Assembly (NCBI GenBank): GCA_001275005.1 | Contig: JWZX01003200.1 | Span: forward strand, 1-33,376 | Direction: 5' to 3' | DNA length: 33,376 bases | DNA from: Chrysochromulina tobinii | Lineage: Eukaryota | Part shown: piece by piece, positions 29,792-33,376 of the stretch | Position numbering within the stretch: position 1 is the stretch's first letter | How the letters are laid out: every line of letters begins with the position of its first letter | Notes under the pieces: model-generated | Told to the model about the DNA's origin: nothing | The model's input: only the letters and a program-made list of their open reading frames with translations | The model's database searches: none | Translations under genes and position numbers: made by a program

Positions 29792-32700
29792 ATGTCCAAG
29801 GCAAAGTCCACTCCGGATGCCCCGGCGGAGAAACCCCCCAGGGGTTCCTTCGCCATGCTGCTCCAATTTGCGACTTGGTCCGACTGCCTACTCATGTCGC
29901 TCGCGGGGGTGATGCAGTTCGGCGTTGGCGTCGTGATGATCTTGCCGCTGATATTCTTCCAGGATTTCTTTGATACTGCGGGCAACTCGCAGTCGACTGG
30001 CATGGCCATCGACATGAAACAGGTCTCGTATGTCTGCCAATGGTTGGTCTACCTCTCCCTCATCATGATGGTGCTCTTCTTCTTCGCCTTCCTGCTCAGC
30101 GGCTTTCCGGCGATCAACCAGAAGGCGGAGTGGAAGAAGCGCGTGATCAAGTCCATCCTCCGGCAGGACATCGGCTGGTTCGACGTGTCGCACCCCGAGG
30201 AGCTGGCGTCCAAGATGAGCGAGGGCATCACCCGCGTCTACAAGGCGGTAGACTCCCCCTCGTACATGGTCTTTCAGGGCATTGGCATGGGCCTGGGCGG
30301 CTTTGTGTTCGGCTTCATCAAGGATTGGTACGTGGCGATCTGCACGTTCGCCGTCGTGCCGCTGCTCGTCGTCTTCTTCGGGCTCTTCCTCTGCACCCTC
30401 TGGCGAAGCTCCAAGGTGACCGCTGCGGCATACAACGGAGCCAACGGCCTCGCGACCGAGGCGCTCTTCTCAATGCGGACGATCGCATCGTTGTCCATTG
30501 AAAAGGACTTCGCGACCCGCTACAAGCAGAGGCTGACGGCCGCGGCGGTCGCGCAGGCGGGGGTGGCTCCTCTCAAAGGCTTTACCGGCGGTCTCGCTCA
30601 GGCGAGTTTCATGCTCCTTCTCATGGTGGGCTTCCTTTCCGGAGGCTTTCTTGTGGCCGACGAGATGGATCGCTCTTCGTACGCTTACTCGGTGACCCAG
30701 ACCTTCTACCCCTTCCCGGGCGCGAACGCGACGATGGTCGAGATCGGCTACTGCGCGGACGACAAGAATACCCCAGCGGAAGTGCTAGGCCTCGGCGGTC
30801 AGCCTTGCCCTGCTCCCTACCAGTCGCTCCAGATGAACTGCTTGCTCATGGGGTTCGTCGGATCGATGGGCGACTCGAGCGTCTTCCCGGGCTCGAACAT
30901 GAGCTTCGTCAACGCCCTTGGGCACACGACGATCGACGAATTCGAGGCGGAAGCGCAGCGCATGGCTCCCGAGGACTTTAAAGCCAAGTTTCGTGCCGAC
31001 GGTCGCCCACTCACGATGGGTTGCTACGCCTCTGGTGCGGCGATCATTATCGTAGTCTTTGCCATCATGAACGGCGGACAGGGCTTCGGCAACTTGCTCG
31101 ACCCGGCTTCCAAGGTTGGTGTGGGGCTGGGAGCCGCCGCCAACCTGCACCAAATCTTGGCGCGTAAGTCGGCAGTCGACCCCTTCTCGGAGGACGGCGA
31201 GCGGCCCGACGGCGTGACCGGCGACATCGAGATCCGCGACGTGGTCTTCGCGTACCCGTCGGCCATCGAGCATCTGGTGTGCAAGGGGTACTCCCTGCGC
31301 ATCAGCGCCGGGCAGACGGTGGCGCTGTGCGGCGCGTCGGGCTCGGGCAAGTCGACGATCATCCAGCTGCTCGAGCGTTTCTACGACCCGCAATCGGGCG
31401 CGCTTCTGCTCGACGGGCGCGACATCAAGACGCTCAACGTGCGCTGGCTGCGCTCGAAGCTGGGTCTCGTCGGGCAAGAGCCCGTGCTGTTCCAGGGCAG
31501 CGTCGCGACGAACATTGCATACGGCAAGACCGATGCGACCCGCGAGGAGATCGAGGCGGCCGCGCGCATGGCGAACGCGCACGATTTCATCATGAAGAAC
31601 CTCAACGACGGATACGACACTGACGTCGGCCTGCGCGGCGGCAAGCTGTCTGGCGGCCAGAAGCAGCGTGTGGCGATCGCCCGTGCGATTGTGAAGAAGC
31701 CGGCGGTGCTGCTGCTCGACGAGGCGACGTCGGCGCTGGATAACGAGAGCGAGCGGATAGTGCAGGCGGCGCTGGACGAGATCATGTCGAAGCAGAAGCG
31801 CACGACGATCGTGATCGCACACCGGCTGAGCACGATTCGCAACGCAGACAAGATCGCTGTGGTGAGCGAGGGCAAGGTGGTCGAGGAGGGCACTTACGAT
31901 GAGCTACTCAAGCTGGACGGGGGCCTCTTTCACAAGCTTGCTCAGCGTCAGCAGGAGATGGGCGCCAAAGACATGAAAACCATGGACGCCGCACGTGCCG
32001 CTGCTTCCAGCAACCCACTCGTCGGTTTGACCGCGCTCCCCTCGCACACGGCATCCGCTGTCAAGGACCGCAAGGGGCGTACCTCGAAGGAGAGGCGTAA
32101 CTCGAAGGAAATGGTGACAGCCACCGCCGAGGAAAGCACGACAGAGGCGTCGATGGCAGAAGGCATTGAGGTTGGCTCTCCGATGCCTGTTGGCATGACG
32201 AAGGCTGTGGAGAAGAACAACTACATCAGCCAAGTGCTCCGCCTACAGACGGGCTCGCTCTGGGCGCTCGGGTTGGGGTGCCTCTTTGCAATGGGCACGG
32301 GCGCCTCGCCCCTCGTCGGCTTCTACTACATTGTCGACTTTTTCGGCGCGCTCTTTCAGCTCTCCGGCGCCTTGATCCGCGCCGAGGTCGCTCGTGTCTC
32401 GATCACCATCCTGATCATCTGCGCGATCATGGTGATTTGCTTCACACTCGACAGCGGCTTCTTCGGTCTCGCCGCGGCGCGACTCACGGCCACGCTTCGC
32501 CGACACGCCTTCGATGCCTTCCTCCGGCAAGACATCGGCTTCTTCGACCTCGACTCCAACTCGGCCGGTGACCTCACGTCTTTCTTGGCAGAGAAGGTGA
32601 CTCTGATGGAATCACTCACGGGTGGCTCGGCGCAGGCCATCGTTCGGGTCCTCGCGTCGCTCGTGTCGATGCTCGTGCTCGTCTTCTGGTTTGGGCCATG

Positions 32701-33376
32701 GCAGCTCGCTCTCTTCCTCTTTGGCGCCGTGCCGGTGATCATGTGCGTCATGGGCGTCATGATTACCGTCCTGGCAGGGGACGAAATCAAGGCGCAGAAG
32801 GGACAGGAGGTCAAGTCCGCCCACCACGTGGCCGAACGCTCGGCAGGTAAGCTGCTCAGTGAGGTGGTGCTCTCGATCCGCACAGTCGCCTCCTTCAACG
32901 CAGAGGAGCGCTTCTACAATGAGTTTGTCGTCGGAGTCGACCGAATTCGCGCCCTCGAGGCGCCAAACCAGATCAAGATCGCTTTGGCCATGGCCTGCTC
33001 CATTCCGATGATGATGTACGTCTTTGCAGCCATGTACTACTACCTGGGCTACCTCATCTCCCAGGGCGACACCACTTTCGAGAAGGGCATGCTGCCCCTG
33101 TTCGCGATGATGGGCGTCCTGATGCCTGTCATCGCGGCCGCCACCGGCGTCAGTGACATCAACCAGGCCAAGAACGCGGCGAAGCGCTACTTTGAATCCG
33201 TCAACCGCAAGACGCTCATCCGACCCCTTCTCGGAGGACGGCGAGCGACCCGACGGCGTGACCGGCGACATCGAGATCCGCGACGTGTTCTTCGCGTACC
33301 CGTCGGCCATCGAGCATCTGGTGTGCAAGGGGTACTCCCTGCGCATCAGCGCCGGGCAGACGGTGGCGCTGTGCGG
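29792..33376 (+). CDS. ABCB/MDR (P-glycoprotein-type) full transporter, 3' partial, with +1 frameshift at ~33221
   Basis: Absent from the ORF track because no stop is reached. Translation from ATG 29792 gives TMD1 (ILRQDIGWFD), NBD1 (GASGSGKST, QEPVLF, LSGGQKQRVAIAR, LLLDEATSALD, IAHRLST), TMD2 (FLRQDIGFFD, IRTVASF) and the start of NBD2. Confidence 0.93.
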   Translation, partial: MSKAKSTPDAPAEKPPRGSFAMLLQFATWSDCLLMSLAGVMQFGVGVVMILPLIFFQDFFDTAGNSQSTGMAIDMKQVSYVCQWLVYLSLIMMVLFFFAFLLSGFPAINQKAEWKKRVIKSILRQDIGWFDVSHPEELASKMSEGITRVYKAVDSPSYMVFQGIGMGLGGFVFGFIKDWYVAICTFAVVPLLVVFFGLFLCTLWRSSKVTAAAYNGANGLATEALFSMRTIASLSIEKDFATRYKQRLTAAAVAQAGVAPLKGFTGGLAQASFMLLLMVGFLSGGFLVADEMDRSSYAYSVTQTFYPFPGANATMVEIGYCADDKNTPAEVLGLGGQPCPAPYQSLQMNCLLMGFVGSMGDSSVFPGSNMSFVNALGHTTIDEFEAEAQRMAPEDFKAKFRADGRPLTMGCYASGAAIIIVVFAIMNGGQGFGNLLDPASKVGVGLGAAANLHQILARKSAVDPFSEDGERPDGVTGDIEIRDVVFAYPSAIEHLVCKGYSLRISAGQTVALCGASGSGKSTIIQLLERFYDPQSGALLLDGRDIKTLNVRWLRSKLGLVGQEPVLFQGSVATNIAYGKTDATREEIEAAARMANAHDFIMKNLNDGYDTDVGLRGGKLSGGQKQRVAIARAIVKKPAVLLLDEATSALDNESERIVQAALDEIMSKQKRTTIVIAHRLSTIRNADKIAVVSEGKVVEEGTYDELLKLDGGLFHKLAQRQQEMGAKDMKTMDAARAAASSNPLVGLTALPSHTASAVKDRKGRTSKERRNSKEMVTATAEESTTEASMAEGIEVGSPMPVGMTKAVEKNNYISQVLRLQTGSLWALGLGCLFAMGTGASPLVGFYYIVDFFGALFQLSGALIRAEVARVSITILIICAIMVICFTLDSGFFGLAAARLTATLRRHAFDAFLRQDIGFFDLDSNSAGDLTSFLAEKVTLMESLTGGSAQAIVRVLASLVSMLVLVFWFGPWQLALFLFGAVPVIMCVMGVMITVLAGDEIKAQKGQEVKSAHHVAERSAGKLLSEVVLSIRTVASFNAEERFYNEFVVGVDRIRALEAPNQIKIALAMACSIPMMMYVFAAMYYYLGYLISQGDTTFEKGMLPLFAMMGVLMPVIAAATGVSDINQAKNAAKRYFESVNRKTLIRPLLGGRRATRRRDRRHRDPRRVLRVPVGHRASGVQGVLPAHQRRADGGAVR
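33221..33376 (+). repeat. 156-bp near-identical copy of 31177-31332 (NBD2 start vs NBD1 start)
   Basis: Only 2 mismatches (CGG/CGA, GTC/TTC). The match runs to the window end. Confidence 0.95.

Noticed and set aside
29888..33346. Several minus-strand and off-frame ORFs (e.g. 30785-31822, 32612-33346)
   Set aside because: Shadows of the GC3-rich ABCB coding sequence, with no independent motifs.
1..33376. Prokaryotic operon or anti-phage defence island reading (TIR, helicase, methyltransferases)
   Set aside because: Spliceosomal introns, targeting peptides and mixed gene orientation show a eukaryotic locus. The neighbours of the TIR gene look like unrelated housekeeping or secretory genes. 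No tRNA or rRNA was recognised.

Overview
A GC-rich, gene-dense, intron-containing eukaryotic nuclear segment. It is probably from a haptophyte alga (Chrysochromulina-like); this is inferred from repeat-built GT-AG introns ending ...CCTCATCAG and from signal-plus-transit N-termini. It carries about 13 protein genes. The main one is a 5-exon, ~3,580-aa giant protein (578-11796): a duplicated armadillo-like solenoid followed by three different TIR-fold modules (an algal-type TIR, a SARM1-like TIR and a HET-like domain), each keeping the expected catalytic Glu. It is a candidate NAD-degrading immune or cell-death receptor with no NACHT, NB-ARC or SAM domain, and its solenoid contains a near-identical 769-bp duplication. 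Downstream genes: an EGF plus SAM-methyltransferase, a GT8 glycosyltransferase, a DEAD-box helicase, a GSTCD-like methyltransferase with an R3H-like tail, a PC-esterase-like protein, two unknown membrane proteins, an alpha/beta esterase, a coiled-coil/PDZ protein, a CS-domain plus cyclophilin fusion and a partial ABCB (MDR-type) transporter. Other oddities: a 216-nt intron made of three 72-nt units that each end in a copy of the upstream exon end (internal CAG|GT junctions); three short inserts with GACT/GACTT tails flanked by direct repeats; near-identical DNA at the start of both ABC nucleotide-binding domains; and three +1 frameshifts that may be consensus errors. All family calls come from motifs read by eye; no searches were run.
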